Shown one piece after another: positions 1 through 13,859 of a stretch of 64,000 nt of DNA. The position numbers and the translations under genes were made by a program. Source of the DNA: Lama guanicoe. Lineage: Eukaryota. The stretch is taken from positions 19,861,082 to 19,925,081 of the forward strand of contig MU054323.1 of assembly GCA_013239625.1 (NCBI GenBank). The letters run 5' to 3'. Position 1 is the first letter of the stretch, and each line of letters begins with the position of its first letter. The notes below the pieces were generated by a model. It did no database searches and was not told where the DNA came from. It worked only from the letters and a program-made list of their open reading frames with translations.

Positions 1-2400
1 CCTAGATGACCCTTCCAATACCCAAGCCTCTCAGTCCCTGAACTTCTCTGATGATCTTCCCTCTACTCAACCCGTAGTTGTGATTACACAAAACTGCAGT
101 TCTTCCATAATCTCAGTTTCATTCATCCTACTGACTCCAGCCTCCTAACTTTCCAGCTCACCTCCTTCCCAATCCCAAACATCCTCTGACCCACTGGAAC
201 CCTCCAGTCAATTGATCCCACCACCCTTCACTGTTGCCCACCCCTGCCCGATGTCCCACTCCCCTCCTGACTCAGTGTAAATGTCATGGCCATACTTAGC
301 TAGAGAAATACACACACACAACCACGCGGCGTGATCGCGTTTGAAGTTCATGATGATGAAACTTAAGTGGGCCGTTAATGCTGTCCAACAGTCATGCATG
401 TGTTTCCCTGACCCGTAAACTCACCTATGCTCCTGGATGACAGTTTCATACCTTCTTTTCTCTTCTCAAACCCTTAATATTTCCTTCTCATTCTCACACT
501 TAGCTGAATTCTAAAAGAATCTAATTGGATTCTTTTTTCACTGGGAAAATAGAAGCAACCAGAGGAAAAGTCTGCAGATTCCCACTATCACATTCACTCC
601 CTGTCCAGCAGCTGCATCTTCGTACTTCGCCTTTTCACCATCATCAGGAGTGACCCATCCATCCAAAGCAAATTCCTCCACTTGTGCATGCATTCCAGTC
701 CCTTTCACCGACCCACAGACATTACTCAGTGACTCTTCCTTTTCTCTCCTACGCCAAATTGTTACTCTCTCCTGGATTCGTTCCATCAGCACACAAACAT
801 GTTATTATTTAAAACAAAAACAAAAACAAAACAAAAACAAAGCCTTTTAATGACTGTACTTCCCTTGGCAGCCTCTGTCCCATTTGCTCCCCTTCAGAGC
901 AGATTCCTCAGAAGGATCATTCCCACTTGCTATGTCCAATTCCTCTCCTCCAGTTCCCTCTGAAACCAACCCCAAATCAGGCCTATCCCCTTCATTGCTC
1001 CACAGAAGTTTTTGTGATCAGAGTTACCATGACTTACTAAATCCAATGGTCAGTTCTCAGTTCTTATCTTCCTGATTAATAGCATCTGATAGAATCAACC
1101 AGGTCCTCCTGATACTCTTCCTTCCCTAGGCTTCCAGCGCACCTCGCTCTCTTGGTTTTCCTCCTATCTCACTGCTCCCACCTTCTTGGTCTCTTTCTGG
1201 CTCCTCCTCTTCTCCCTGACCTCTAATATTGAAGTGCCTGGGGCTCAAACCTCAGTCCTCTACTCTTCTGTATCCACCTCTTTTGATGATCTCATCCAGA
1301 TATGGAGTTTTAAATACAATTAATATCCCCATGACCCACACTTAGACTCCTAGTTCAGACCTCTTCTCTGAACCCTAGACTCATATATCCAACTGTCTGC
1401 TCCATATCTCCAAAGTCAAGACATCCAATAGTAAACTCTCGAGATGCTCCCCGAACTTGATCTACCTGCAGTCTTTCCCATCACAATGGGATGGCCATTC
1501 TGTTCCCTCAGTGGCTCAGGCCAAAAACACTGAGTTATCCTTGACTCCTGTCTTCCTCTCCCACGTACATCAGATCTGACAGGAATTAGCTCTAACGACA
1601 GAATGCACCCAGAATCCAACCACTTCTTACCTCCTTCATGACTGCCGTCCTTGTCTAAGCCACCACCACCATCCCTTACCTGGATTACTGCTCTGGCCTC
1701 CTGTCGAGTCTCCCTGCTTTTGCTCTTGCCTTCAACACGGCAGCCAGAGTGATCCTTAGATCAGAGCACTTTCTAATCAGAACCCTTCAAAAACCTCCTC
1801 TCCCTTATTTCTTGTAAGGTTACCTTTTAACAACTCTTGGTGTAAAAACCAAAGTCTTTACAATGGCCAAGGAGGTCCTGCGCTGTCTGCCCGCTCCTCC
1901 CACCACTCACTCTGTCTTTCTCTTTGCGTGCTCTCTTCCTCACTCATTCTGGGAGTCCAGCCTCCTTGATACTCCTCAGACATACCAGGTGTGTTCCCAC
2001 ATGGAGGCCTCTGCTCTAGCTCCACCCTCTACCTGAACACTCCTGCCCCACAAATCTACTTGCCATCCTCTCACTCCTTCAGTCTTTAGAGTCTCACCTT
2101 TCCAACAGGGCCCACTTGACCACCCTGTTTAATACTGAAATGTGCCCTCTCCCTACACCTTGACACTCTCCATCACCCTTAACCTGCACATTCTTGCTCT
2201 TTTTTTGTCCCCATATCATGTATTGTCTCCTAACGTACCATGTAATGTATGTATTTATATTTATTGCTTATTGTCTATCTTCCCCAACCCCTCTACAAGG
2301 GTCCTTTTCTAAGGTTCACAAGTATATCTTAAATGGCCAAACAGTGCCTGACACATGGTAGGCAAACAGTACTTTTTTTTTTTTTTTTGTAATGAATGAA
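1..2400 (+). mobile_element. Long degraded LINE-2 (L2a-like) remnant, truncated by the window start
   Basis: Pyrimidine-rich L2-type body ending in the characteristic L2 3' terminus (acagtgcctgacacatggtagg...aatgaatgaa at about 2340-2400); no intact ORF. Confidence 0.85.
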
Positions 2401-2570
2401 ACTAACCCAGACACAGAGGGACTTACTTCCTCACCCATCACAAATGGCTGGGCTGAGAGCAAGGGGGAAAATGGAGCCAGAAAAGAGCAATTGAACAGAT
2501 TATAAATATGTCATTCATGGGCAAAGTTAGATCACGTTGGAATGAACAAACTGTGTGCTCATAATTACTA

Positions 2571-2588
2571 GATAGGTAGGTAGGTAGG

Positions 2589-2630
<42 letters not shown>
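2571..2630. repeat. Compound (TAGG)n(TAGA)n tetranucleotide microsatellite
   Basis: Directly visible tandem repeat. Confidence 0.97.
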
Positions 2631-2631
<1 letters not shown>

Positions 2632-2780
2632 GCTCTCCCAGATGGTAGGTAATAAAGTGACTTTATCTATTGACCACATATGGAGTAAATAAAGGCCCAG
2701 GCCAATGACACTGACTTACCCAGTTCCCACCATTGTCAGTTGCTTTTTAACTGTCCTCCCAGCCCTAAGTGAGCCAATTA

Positions 2781-3075
2781 CAGTTGGCCTTTGAGCAACA
2801 TAGGGTTTGAACTGCCTAGGTCCACTTATACACAGATTTTTTTCAATAAATGTACAGGCAGCATTCCCTTTTCGTGGGTTTTGCACGAAGGGGATTCAGC
2901 CAAAAGCGGACTGCAGATTAAATTTCAATCTGTGGTTGGTTGAATCCATGGATATGGAGGGTCGACTGTATTCAGTGCAGTATGCCATTTTATATAAAGG
3001 ACTTGAGCATCCATGGCTTTTGGTATTTGCAGGGGCTCCTGGCACCAATGCCGCATGGATACCAAAGGACGACTG
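2781..3075 (+). mobile_element. Non-autonomous TcMar-Tigger element (Tigger2/MER2-like)
   Basis: Starts TA|cagttggcctttgagcaacatagggtttgaactg (Tigger2-like 5' end) and ends ggataccaaaggacgactg (MER2/Tigger2-like 3' end). Confidence 0.8.
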
Positions 3076-4802
3076 TGCAGTTTGACAGAGGCACCAGGGA
3101 GAGTAAAGGCAAAAGGACAGGATCCTGCAAATGAGGACTTTTTGAAAAGGAAACTCCTCTCTCTTCCCCTGTTTCCCTAAGTGCCTTCTCAGTAGAGGAT
3201 GTTGCAGTACCAGATGTCTGGGGCAGTACCCAGGCCATTATCAGGATTCTGCAATCATTGGAGGCAGATGGACAGAATTCTGTAATCATTGGGTGCAGAT
3301 GGATTAATAGTTCTGCTTGCCTGGCCTCCGCCATGCCCACTGTTAACAGAGACCTTCTGGAGGCCATGCCTTCCTCTCCCATAGGGATTGCAGCCTCCAG
3401 GCTGACTGCCAACGTATTCCTTTTCGAAAGTGTTACCTTTTCGAACGCCAGTGTTACGCAAGGAGCCTCTGCACTAAGGCTAAACCAGTTAAGTGAGGCT
3501 CTTAAGGCCCTCCAAACATTTCAGTTAGAGATGCTGTGGTATCAGCTGCATGGCTGTGCCCGGGGCTTGAGGCCAGAGCAGGGTCTGGGGCAGGAGGCTT
3601 GTCCTGTCCTGAGGAGAAATAGAATCTCAGAACCTTTATGGTCTTGATGCTTCAGCTCCCATCCTGCCTAAACGACGGCAGGCAAAGCTTCCGAAGGGCT
3701 CTGGGCAGAGGCTCCTGAAGATCCCCCTTAATCAGGCATGAAGACAAGACCCCAACTCCCAGGAGGGACTAAAGCCAAAGTACAGTGTCTTTTTCCAAAA
3801 CAAGCCCCCTGAGCTGCAGCTTTCTTCGTGAGGAATATCTGTGCATTGATGGAGGTCACCCAGTGCCAAGAAGAGTGGCAGTGAGAGAGGCATTGAAATA
3901 GGGTAAGACTGTGTCATTTTCTCCATAGAAAACGTTCACTCATCTTTGACATGAGTAGGGATGCCCTCTGTGGTTCATAGTAAGCACAAAGCACAGCAGA
4001 AGAAGCAGCTCTCCTGTATAAAACTATAGTTTAAATCAACTAAAACGGTTCCCCAGCCCCATGAGAAAAAGTCAAAGGGATTGTGTATATTCTCAACACA
4101 CAACCTAACAGCTCTTTCTTCCACTCATAGCTGAGCTGGAATCTTTCTTAGGCAGTGATCAGGTAAAGCTATACATGCCCACATGAGGACATTGTGCAGT
4201 CCTAGGCCTTCCCTCCATGTCTCTTCTTAGCCCCTAGAAGATGGTTTCAATATCCACATCCATCAGCATTTTCTTTCTAGGAGAAAAGAGAGCGAGAAGG
4301 GGAAAACAGAGTGAGAGGAGTCAGAATATGTCTGGGGAAGGAAGGAGGCAGAAGTTATTTCGATCTGTTCCTTATCCTCAGCTCAGAAGCCTACACTGGA
4401 CAGTGCCCAGGTTATCAGTGGATCCTGGGACATTCCTGTGTAAGCCTAGTGGAAGAAAGAGAGCTGACCACAGCCAACAAGAGGTTAAGGCCCAAAGTCA
4501 AAATAAAGAGGATTCTCTGGGTCTCTGAACGTAACTTCAAGCATTCAGTGTGAAGGCAGGAGCTGGGAGAAGAGAGAAAACATGGAATTGTGTTTTGGAT
4601 TACTTTTTTCTGATTACAAAAGTAATACATGTTCAATGTGGAAAACCAGGAAAATACAGAAAAGTACAAAAAGGGATTGAAAAAAAAAAAACCAGATGCT
4701 TGTGATCCCACTACCCAGATATAATCAATGTCAACATGTTCATTTACCATTCCGATGTTGTTTCAATGCATATTCTTTGTCTCACCTCATTTATTCATTT
4801 AT

Positions 4803-5011
4803 TATTTTTTAAATTGAAGTATAGTTGATTTACAACATTGTGTTATTTTCTGGTATACAGCATAGTTATTCATATATATGTATATTTCTTTTCATATTCT
4901 TTTTTATTATAGGCCATTACAAGGTGTTGAATATAGTTCCCTGTGCTATACAATAGGTCCTTGTTTATTTTATGTATAATAGTTTGTATCTGCTAATACC
5001 AAACTCCCAAT
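4803..5011 (-). mobile_element. 5'-truncated L1 3' end (younger, lineage-type) among older L1 fragments
   Basis: ttttttaaattgaagtatagttgatttacaa...atagttccctgtgctataca is the reverse complement of an L1 3'UTR tail; the same family recurs elsewhere in the window. Confidence 0.85.
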
Positions 5012-6469
5012 AATCACATTATAAACATAGTGTATCTTCTCTTTTTGAAATTGTTTCTCACTTAACAATATATCATAAATATTTTCCCGTCATTAAATAT
5101 TCTTCTGCAATATGATCTATTAAAGCTTTTTATGATATCGTGCCATGGGTAGGCTACTGTAGATTTAACCAATTTTATATGGAAGAGCATTTCAGCTATT
5201 TCTGAGCACGGACTTTTAACTGTGACAAGGTCCTCTGCACAATCCCTGTTTTCAGACATGCTAACCTTCTTCCCTTACAAGCAGATAAGGATCCCTTCAA
5301 AGTTCTGTACCTGAGAGAACCCTGCCATGGTGGGAGTAACTCCTCAGAAGCAATCAGCTGTCCTTGAGTGCCTCAGAGAAAGCCTGGCATTAAGACTAGA
5401 GCATCCTTACCTCTAATGACCAGGCCATTCTTGAGCAGATGGAGAGAAAATATTTGTCATTCTACGTCAGAGAATTGGCCCAATTCATTTAATGCATCAT
5501 CCTTAAAAATGTTTTTTGTGCTAGTCCTGAGCTAGATATTATAGAAGAAAGCATATGGTTTTTATGTTTCATAAACTTGCACTCTTTGTCAGTTGACAGA
5601 CATACAGGTATCAAAGAGTTAGGTGGAAACAGACTATGCCTAACTGCTAACTCTGTGGTTCGAATCACAAGGGCCTTAGAAGGTGAGAAATGTACAAGCA
5701 CAAGGTGGAACTGAGTGGTTTGGGAAGACTCCGTGGAGGAGGTGGAGCTTGGAGTCCGGGTGGGCAAGGAAAATGCTATGTGGAGGGGATACAGAGGGGA
5801 GAAAGCACAGGAAGCAAGGAGGTTCACCTGACTGCAGCCGAGGGAGAAATAAATGGTCAATCAAATCAGGTAACCCATATATGGGGCAGAGGGCAAGAAA
5901 TCTGCTTGGCCCTAATTCTGTAGATATTCCCCTTCTCCTGGAGGTGTCACACCTAGAAAGGAAATATCGAATCAAATTCAAGTTGAGTGGTGTGTGTTTG
6001 TGTTTTTCGGTGGTGAGTGGAGGCTTTGATTCATGAACAGAATTTCTCAAAGCCTGTAACACTGCTGATGTATGTGGCAAAGTCGAGAGAGGGAGAACGC
6101 TGACTTCCCAAGAGTCTTCGACCACAGAACTCTTTTTATGCTGGGACGTCTCCCCTGGTGTTCCATGAGACACGATGAGGAGCTAGTGCACCAGTGAAGA
6201 TTTTTGAGCTGTAAAGTAACACATGGGGGGAAACACAGTTTTGGAAGATTAATCTCAAGGTAGAATGTAAGGCGGGCGAGAGAGAAAAGAGACTGGATTC
6301 AGGCCATATAATTAGATGATGGAATAAAGACTCAAGATAAATTGGAAAGATTTGAGCACACTGGAACAAAGAACAGAAACAAAGCATTGTTTGCAGAGTC
6401 TGCTGTTGGGCTCTGGGGAGAAACAAAGGTGTCTGAGTTCCTGGGTCTTGCAGGAGTTTGAATGAGCAT

Positions 6470-6960
6470 TAATTAGGATTTTGATTGCAAGGGACAGACA
6501 TCAACTTGGAGCAGCTTAAGCAAAGAGTGTTTTTAAGGAAATAAGGATGCTTCATGAAAAACCAAATCCATGTACTGGAAAGTTGGCAAAAAGTCCCCTA
6601 TCTGGTCTCAAGCTACTCTGTGTGTCTGCTCTATCTTCTTCATATTATCTGTCTTCTCTCCTCTGGCCTCCCCCTCCTCCACCTGCCTTTCCCCTCCCTC
6701 CTCTCCTCTCCTCTCGCCTCCCTTAGCCCCTCTCTCTGCTCTCATTTGTGGAAGAAAATGGCTTCCCTACAGTTCCTGAGTTTTCATGTTTCACTGAGTT
6801 TCCACGTCACAGTTCTGTCCATATCAGAAGCTAAATCTCCATCTCTTCTTCCCAGTTTCAGATTTCCAGTAGAAGGAATCTTGTTGACCCAGCCTGGGCC
6901 TCATTCTGCTCTGACTAGCAGGGGTGGGTTTTAAAATAGAAACATGGCTACAGAAGACTT
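6470..6960 (-). mobile_element. Old ERVL-MaLR (MLT1-like) LTR remnant
   Basis: ttaggattttgattgcaagggacagaca...agcttaagcaaag resembles the reverse-complemented MLT1 3' end; highly diverged. Confidence 0.55.
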
Positions 6961-7189
6961 ACCCTGTGAATTAGTGTGGGGACCACTACCAGGAAAGGGT
7001 GCCTGCTATAGAGCGATGCTATGACCTTTAATGAAAGCGTGCTTCTGGAAGAATTGAACGGGAGTACATTATTGTTGAATGAATGGATGACTATGAAGCT
7101 TTGAAGCAACTTCATTAGAGTCTGTATCCTTGTCCCTCTCCAAACTCCTTCAGTTCTAAAGTCCTGTAAAAACCTCCTGATGGAGGAAG

Positions 7190-7366
7190 CAGAATCCACA
7201 GTGGTTAAGCGCACGTGTCCAGGGTTAAATTGCCTGTATTTTGGATCCTGGCCTTGAGGACTTGAGCAAGTTATGTTACCTGCCTGAGCCTCAGGTTTGT
7301 CACCTCTAAAATGGGTATCATGAGGATTCTTAAGATAATACGTGTAAAGTGCTTAGCACAGCGCAC
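7190..7366 (+). mobile_element. MIR SINE
   Basis: gtggttaagcgc...cttgagcaagttat...gagcctcaggtttgtcacctctaaaatggg...gtaaagtgcttagcacag (MIR core and tail). Confidence 0.85.
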
Positions 7367-9089
7367 TTCATAATGTTAACAACATTATTTTTAAACAAAA
7401 ATTAATGGTAGAGCTGAAATTTACAGCAGCAGATCCAAATAACTGACAGACTGGGCGAAAGAAAGATGAACTGGCAGATAAGCAAGTGGTCAGCCTGGTT
7501 CTCCAGATATCCCCACAAATGTGGCCTCTGGAATAGGAAGTTTGGGGGAAAAAATAAGCCACAAAGATCTTGTGGCGCCAACAGGGACTTTAGAGATCAC
7601 AGGTCATTTGGGCCAGTCACACTCCCTTTTGTTCCTAGAGATTTAATATCTACCAGCCTATTAAATGGTCGTGATTTGGAGGAGAGACGACAAGAAGAGG
7701 AATTGCTTTCAGCTGGCCCTAGTCTTTAAATAACCCGGGGTACATCTTTTAAACACAAAGGAGACCATGTGTAAAACATTAGTTAAATTCAGATATAAAT
7801 CTAGTCTTTGACCAGTCCAAAGCTAATCAATATGCTTCTCTACTCCCTTTGAACTCTGAGTTTTCTGGCAACAACAAAAATCCCTAACCCAATCCAAAAC
7901 CATCGTCCAGACAGCCCAGCTTCTCTGCTCCCCTCCCTCATGTCACATATTGTTGACAGAACTGCTCTCGTTACCACATTCATTCCAGTGGTGATTCAAA
8001 TTCTTCTGCAGAAATGGACTTGAAAGACACAAAATTGCTCTTGTAATCACTTAATAAGGAAACCTGGACACGGAATACAGAGCTAGGAATATAGATTTAC
8101 TCTGAGCTTTTGTGGGTGCATTTTTCCCGGTTATTTTCATTGAAAATCACGATGAACTAATTTAAAGAGCAAGGTAAACTGAGATGGAAAATTACCCATA
8201 ATAAGGATTTTGATGAAAATATAGACTGGCCTGGTTTTCAGCCCATCAAGGACACTTGGTTTCAATTGCAAATTCAGATATATTTTAACTACGTTTGTTT
8301 GAATGTGTCACTTTTAGGCAAAACTAAGCTACTCTGTTCCTTTCCAAAAATCGAGAATTTGCTCTGGAAAAAAAAAGCATGCAGTATGATGTACAAAGCA
8401 GAGGGGGAGGAAAGTAAGAAGTGGGTGAGAAAGACCCACCCAAGGGCTGCAGCCAGCTTCCCCAGGAAGATTCATGACCGGGCTTCAGTGCTGTCCTACA
8501 ATTCTTTCCAAGGGATTTTACTATAACTGTAAATCATGAAAAGCAACTGCTGCTGTTACCAGAGCTATCTTTGCCTCAAAAAAAGGAAAATTCAGGACAT
8601 GCGATATAATCCTCTCACTAAGAGAGAAATGAGCCCATTTGTCATAAGAACTGAGAACATCAGCTATGTAGTATACTAAACATTAGAGTCTCATATTTCA
8701 ATGTTGTGTATCTTTTATGAGAAAAAAAGGGGAGGGGCACACACAGGAGATGGTTGGATGCAACAGCGATAAAATGGTTTAAGCTGGGTTGACTAACTCT
8801 ACACAAACCATTCTGTTACAAATCCTTTTCAGAAAAAGTTAAGCAAATCCAATCAACAACGTTTTTTAAACACTCTGAGCTGCTCACAACAAATGAAGCC
8901 TTACCCTTACCAGATGTATAAGCATTTAAGTAATGCAGGGGTTTCTTAACGGAGAGTGTCATCAGAGGCGGGGCTGACACAGATTTCCTTCCTTTGACTT
9001 GAATGCTCTCTTCTTCCCTATTAGGGTGATGATTGCTTCACAGTGTCCTAGGCATGAAAGGACTTTGAAAGGTCACTTGCCTTGAAACC

Positions 9090-9226
9090 CACCTAGCAGC
9101 ATCGGCGTTATCAAGGAGAAGCTGGTTAGAAATGCAGCATCTTGGGGTCCACTCTAGTCTTGCTGATGCAGAATCTGCATTTTGACAGGGTCCCCACGTG
9201 ATTCATATGCATATTGAAGGTGCAAA
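9090..9226. mobile_element. MER5A-like hAT-Charlie fragment
   Basis: agcagcatcggc...gttagaaatgcag...gaatctgcattttgacagggtccccacgtgattcatatgc matches the recalled MER5A consensus. Confidence 0.8.
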
Positions 9227-9868
9227 TATGACACTCTGAGTCATCCCTCTGCCTCTGAGCAAAACTGAGCACAGTGGATAGACCGGTCTCATTCAGCCAA
9301 TTTCAGGTCCTTTATAGTTTGTCCTGTTTGAGTCATTGAGAGGAAAGGGGAAATATACTCGTTTAAGGAAGTCTTGCATAGCATAACAAAGTTAGCAACT
9401 TCTTCAATACGTTCAAGTACCTATTCTTGGAAGCACTGTAAATTAGGTCAAAGGAAAGAGAACCCGAAAGTGGAGTGGGTTCAAACCCCAAATTCTAATA
9501 AAGTAAGGGTAGTACAGAAGCTGAGTCTATGAAGGATGGGAAGAGCAACTTCACCAAGTTACCAGTTCCAAACTTGTCTCTGCACTGTGTGTGATTTATA
9601 ACCTTGGAAGCTTAAAGGCTTGAGCCTCTTGTTGTATTTCATTTCCGATTAGTAATTTTTATCTAGTACTTCCCTGCAGTTTAAACTGAAGGCCCTGGAC
9701 CTACTAAAATAAATTTATCTGGTGGTTTGTATGCTCATTCTGGAGTTATCCTGTAGATTTCAGATTTGTAACAGGTCTGGAATCTAAACCATAGAAGATT
9801 CTCTGTGGGTTGATGGCAGCCAAGCTCTAAGCCAAAGACTGAAGGACTTAAGATAGTTATGTATGTTT

Positions 9869-9913
9869 CAGTGTCCTCAAACTCAGCTGCACATTAAAGT
9901 CACCTAGATAATG
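9869..9913. mobile_element. Left part of a MER5-like element split by an L1 insertion
   Basis: TIR-like cagtgtcctcaaact followed by cagctgcacattaaagtcacct; the element continues at 13695-13825. Confidence 0.65.
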
Positions 9914-10746
9914 TTTTTAATGTGGCTTTCTTGAGATTTAATTGACATATAATAAGCTGCACATATTTGAAGTGTATCCTAGGGTGAATTTTGATATATG
10001 TTATATATCTGTGAAACTATCACCATGATCAAGCTAAATTTCCTTGTGTCTCTTGGGATCCCTCCCCTTATTCTGCAATGTATCTGCTTTCTCTCACTAT
10101 AGATTAGTTTTCATTTTCTAGAATTTTACATAAATGGAAACATACTTTTTTTTTGGTTTGACATCTTTCACTCAGCATTATTATGCTGAGATTCTTCCAC
10201 ATTGTTGCATGTATTAATAATTTATCCTTTTTATTGCTGAGTAATATTCCATTGTGTGGATATTCCAGTTTACCTAACCATTCACCACTGAAGGACATTT
10301 GGATTGTTTCTAGTTTTAAGCAGTTGTGAATAACACTGCTATAAAACTTCATGAACAAGTATGAGCATATAAATTTTCATTTCTCTAGGTAAATACCTAG
10401 AAGTGGGTATGGTAAATATACATTTAACTTTAAAAGAAACTGCCAAACTGTTTCCCAAAGTGGTTGTATCATTTTGCCTGCTCACCAGAAATGTATGAGT
10501 TTCAGTTGTTCCACATCCTCTCCAGGAATAGGTTTTTATTTTAGCCATTCTAATCAATGTGTAGTGGTATCTCAATTATGGTATTAATTTACATTTCCCT
10601 AATGACTGCTGATGTTGAGAATCTTTTCATGTGTATATTTGCCATTCTTATATCTTCTTTGATGAAGAGTCTTTCAAATATTTTGCCTATTTTTTAAGTT
10701 GGGTTTGGTTTTGTTTCGTTGTTGAATTTTAAGAGTTCTTTATATA

Positions 10747-10750
<4 letters not shown>

Positions 10751-10792
<42 letters not shown>

Positions 10793-10862
10793 CTGAATCA
10801 CTTCTGTACTCCTGAAACTAACACAATGTGGTAAATCAACTTCAATTAAAAAAAGAAAAAAA
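10751..10862 (+). mobile_element. Short L1 tail insertion with a (GT)20 head and A-rich tail, flanked by a 20-21 bp TSD
   Basis: aagagttctttatatattct(g) is present at 10731-10751 and 10863-10883. Confidence 0.85.
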
Positions 10863-11106
10863 AAGAGTTCTTTATATATTCTGGATACAAGTCCTTTGTC
10901 AGATATGTGATTGACAAATACTTTCTCCTGATCTTTTTAGCCCCTTAACAATGTCTTTCAGAGAGCAGAAGTTTTTAGTTTTGATGAGGTCTAATTTATT
11001 AATATTTTATGGATTGCACTTTTGGTGATATAACTGAGAAGTCTTTACCTAAGCCAAGGAAACAAAGATTTTCTCCCATATATTCTTCTAGAAGTTTTGT
11101 AATTTT

Positions 11107-11235
11107 CTCACAGTGAAAAAGAATGTGACAATGATATATGTATGTTCATGTATAACTGAAAAATTGTGCTCTACACTGGAAATTGACACAGCTTTGTAAA
11201 CTGACTACGACCCAATTAAAAAATGTAAAAAAAAA
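11107..11235 (+). mobile_element. Short L1 3'-end insertion with a degenerate 17-bp TSD
   Basis: agaagttttgtaatttt (11090-11106) versus agatgttttataatttt (11236-11252); the body matches the copy at 46898-47181. Confidence 0.85.
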
Positions 11236-12007
11236 AGATGTTTTATAATTTTAGGTTTTATATTGGTCTATGATCCATTTTTGATTTAATTTTTATGTAT
11301 GATGCAAGATTTGGAATGATGTTTATTTTGTGCATATGGCAATTCAATGGTTTCAGCAACATTTATTGAAATGTCTGGCCTTTCTCTATACTGACCATAT
11401 ATTTGTGGGGTCTATTCTGAGTTCTCCGTTCTGCTCCATTGATTTATCTTTATGCTAATCTCCCACTGTCTTGATTACTATAGCTTTATTATTAGTCTTG
11501 AAATCCAACTTCATTCTTTTTCTAAGAAAAATAAGATTTTTAGAATATACTTAAATTTTACAGCGTTTTTCAGTTTTGGGGTTTAAAAAAGTCTAGTGGA
11601 ATTTTGGTTGGGATTGCATTGATTCTGTAGCTCTACATGGGGAGAACTGACATCTTAACAATTTTTAATCTCCCAGTCCATAGACACAGTATATCTCACC
11701 ATATCTGTAAGTCATCTTTTACTCTCTCAGCAATACAGGTCTTAGACTCCTTTTTTGAGGTTTAATTTTAAGTAGTTGATATTTTTATGCAATTATAAAT
11801 GCTAATGTTTATACAATTTCAATTTCCAACTGTTTGTTGAAACTATTAAGAAATACAGTTGATTTTTAATATTGATCTCGTATCCTGCAGCCTCCCTAAA
11901 CTCAGTTGTTAGTTTTGTAGCTTTTTGGTAGATTCCATAGAATTTACTACATAGATAATTATGTTGTCTGAGAATATAGACAGTTTTACTTCTTGTTCAG
12001 TCTGGGT

Positions 12008-12008
12008 T

Positions 12009-12059
<51 letters not shown>

Positions 12060-12063
12060 TTTT
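12008..12063. repeat. (ATTT)n microsatellite
   Basis: Directly visible tandem repeat. Confidence 0.97.
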
Positions 12064-13694
12064 ACTTACCGTATTGTACTAGCTAGAAGCAGTAAATTGT
12101 TGAATATAAATAACAACAGTGGACAATCTTGCTTTGTACTTGGTCTTAGAGGAAAGACGGTTAGTCTTTCCCATTAAGTATGATGTTAGCTTTAGGTTTT
12201 TCATTGATGCCCTTTCTCAAGTTGAGAAGCTCCTTACTTTGCTGAGAGTTGCTTTTGTAAAACTCAGAAATGGATCTTGAATTCTGTCAAATTCTTTTTC
12301 TGTGCCTATGGAGATACTCATATACTTTTTCTTTGAAGTTTGTTAATGTGGTGTTAATACATTGATTGATTCTCAAATATCAAACTAACCTTCCATTCTC
12401 AAGGTAAACGCACTTGCTTATTATTTATTAGCTTTTATATATACTGTTAGTTCTATTTGCTAAAATTTGCTTAAGAATTTTTGCCTTGATTCTCTTGAGA
12501 GATATTGGTCTCTAGTTTTCTTTTCTTTGATGTTTTTGTCTAGTTTTGGTATCAGAGTAATGCTGGTTTCATAGAGTGAGTTGGGATATATTCCATCCTC
12601 TTCAGCTTACTTGAAGTGGTTGTGTGTAGAACTGGTACTATTTCTTCCTTAAATATTTGGTAGAATTCACCATCTTGGACTGAAGTTTTCTTTATGGGAA
12701 CATTTTTAACCACTAATTCAATTTATTTCATAGATGTAGAGCTATATGAGTTACCTGTTTTTTCCTTGAATAAGCTTTGATAAATTGCATCTATCAAAGA
12801 ATTTTTCCATTTCCTCTAAGTTGGTCATATTTAGTGGCACAAAGCTTTTCTTATTTCTGTTATAATACTTTTAATGTCTGTAGAATCTGTAGTGATATCA
12901 CCTTTCTCATTCCTGGTATTAGTAATTTGTGTCTTCTCTCTCTTCTTTTCAGGAAAAGAAGTCTGGCTAGAAGTCTATCAATTTTATTGATCTTCTCAAA
13001 GAACAAGCTTTTGATTTCATTGATTTTTCTTTCTTATTTTTCTGTTTTCTATTTCACTAATTTCTTCTCTGCTCTTTATAATTTACACTTTTCTGCTTAG
13101 GTTTAGGTTTAATTTGCTCTTTTGCTAGTTACTTAAGGTAGAATCTAAACTCATTGGTTTGAGACCTTTCTTCTTCTGCACAGTGTTTAGTGGTATAAAG
13201 TTCCCTATAAATGTTTTGGCTGGATTTCAAAATTTTTGATACATTGTATTTTCATTTAGTTCCAAATATTTCCTAATTTCCCTTGTGATTTCTTCTTTGA
13301 CCTATAGGTTATTTAAAAGTGTGAAAATGTGTCCCCAAATAATTGGCTATTTCTCAATTATTTTTCTGTTATTAATATCTAGCTTGAATTCCACTGTGAT
13401 CAAAGAATACACTCTGTCTGATTTGGATATTTTTTAATTTCTTAAGACTTATTTTATAGCTATAATATGGTCTATCTTGGAAAATGTTCTGTGTGCTCTT
13501 GAAAAGACTATGTATTCTGACATTGTTAAGTGGAATGTTCTTAAAATGTCAAATTAAGTCAAATTAATTGATAGCATTGCTCAAGTCCTCTACTTCCTTA
13601 CTGATTTTCTATCTTACTGGTTCCATCAATTATTGAGAGAAGGGTATTGAAATCTCCAACCATAGTTATGGGTTTGTTTCTCTTCTACCATTCT

Positions 13695-13825
13695 AAGTAT
13701 CTGACTGCAAGGCCACACATGATACCAATTAATTCAGAATCTCTGGGGGAGTGACCCAGGCATCACTATTTTTTTTTTTAACCCCCTGAGTGATTCCAAT
13801 ATGCAGCCAAGTTTGAGAGCCACTG
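13695..13825. mobile_element. Right part of the split MER5-like element
   Basis: aattcagaatctctggggg...tgattccaatatgcagccaagtttgagagccactg; the end is an imperfect inverted copy of the 9869 terminus. Confidence 0.8.
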
Positions 13826-13859
13826 CCTTATACAGTTCACATTTTGGATTCAACAGATT

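Larger units (their letters stand above)
9914..13690 (-). mobile_element. About 3.8-kb degraded L1 (L1M-class; 3'UTR plus 3' part of ORF2), antisense
   Basis: T-rich antisense L1 sequence; minus-strand ORF fragments give L1 ORF2 C-terminal words (MRYHYTLIRMAKIK, HATMWKNLSIIMLSE); many stops and frameshifts. Confidence 0.92.
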
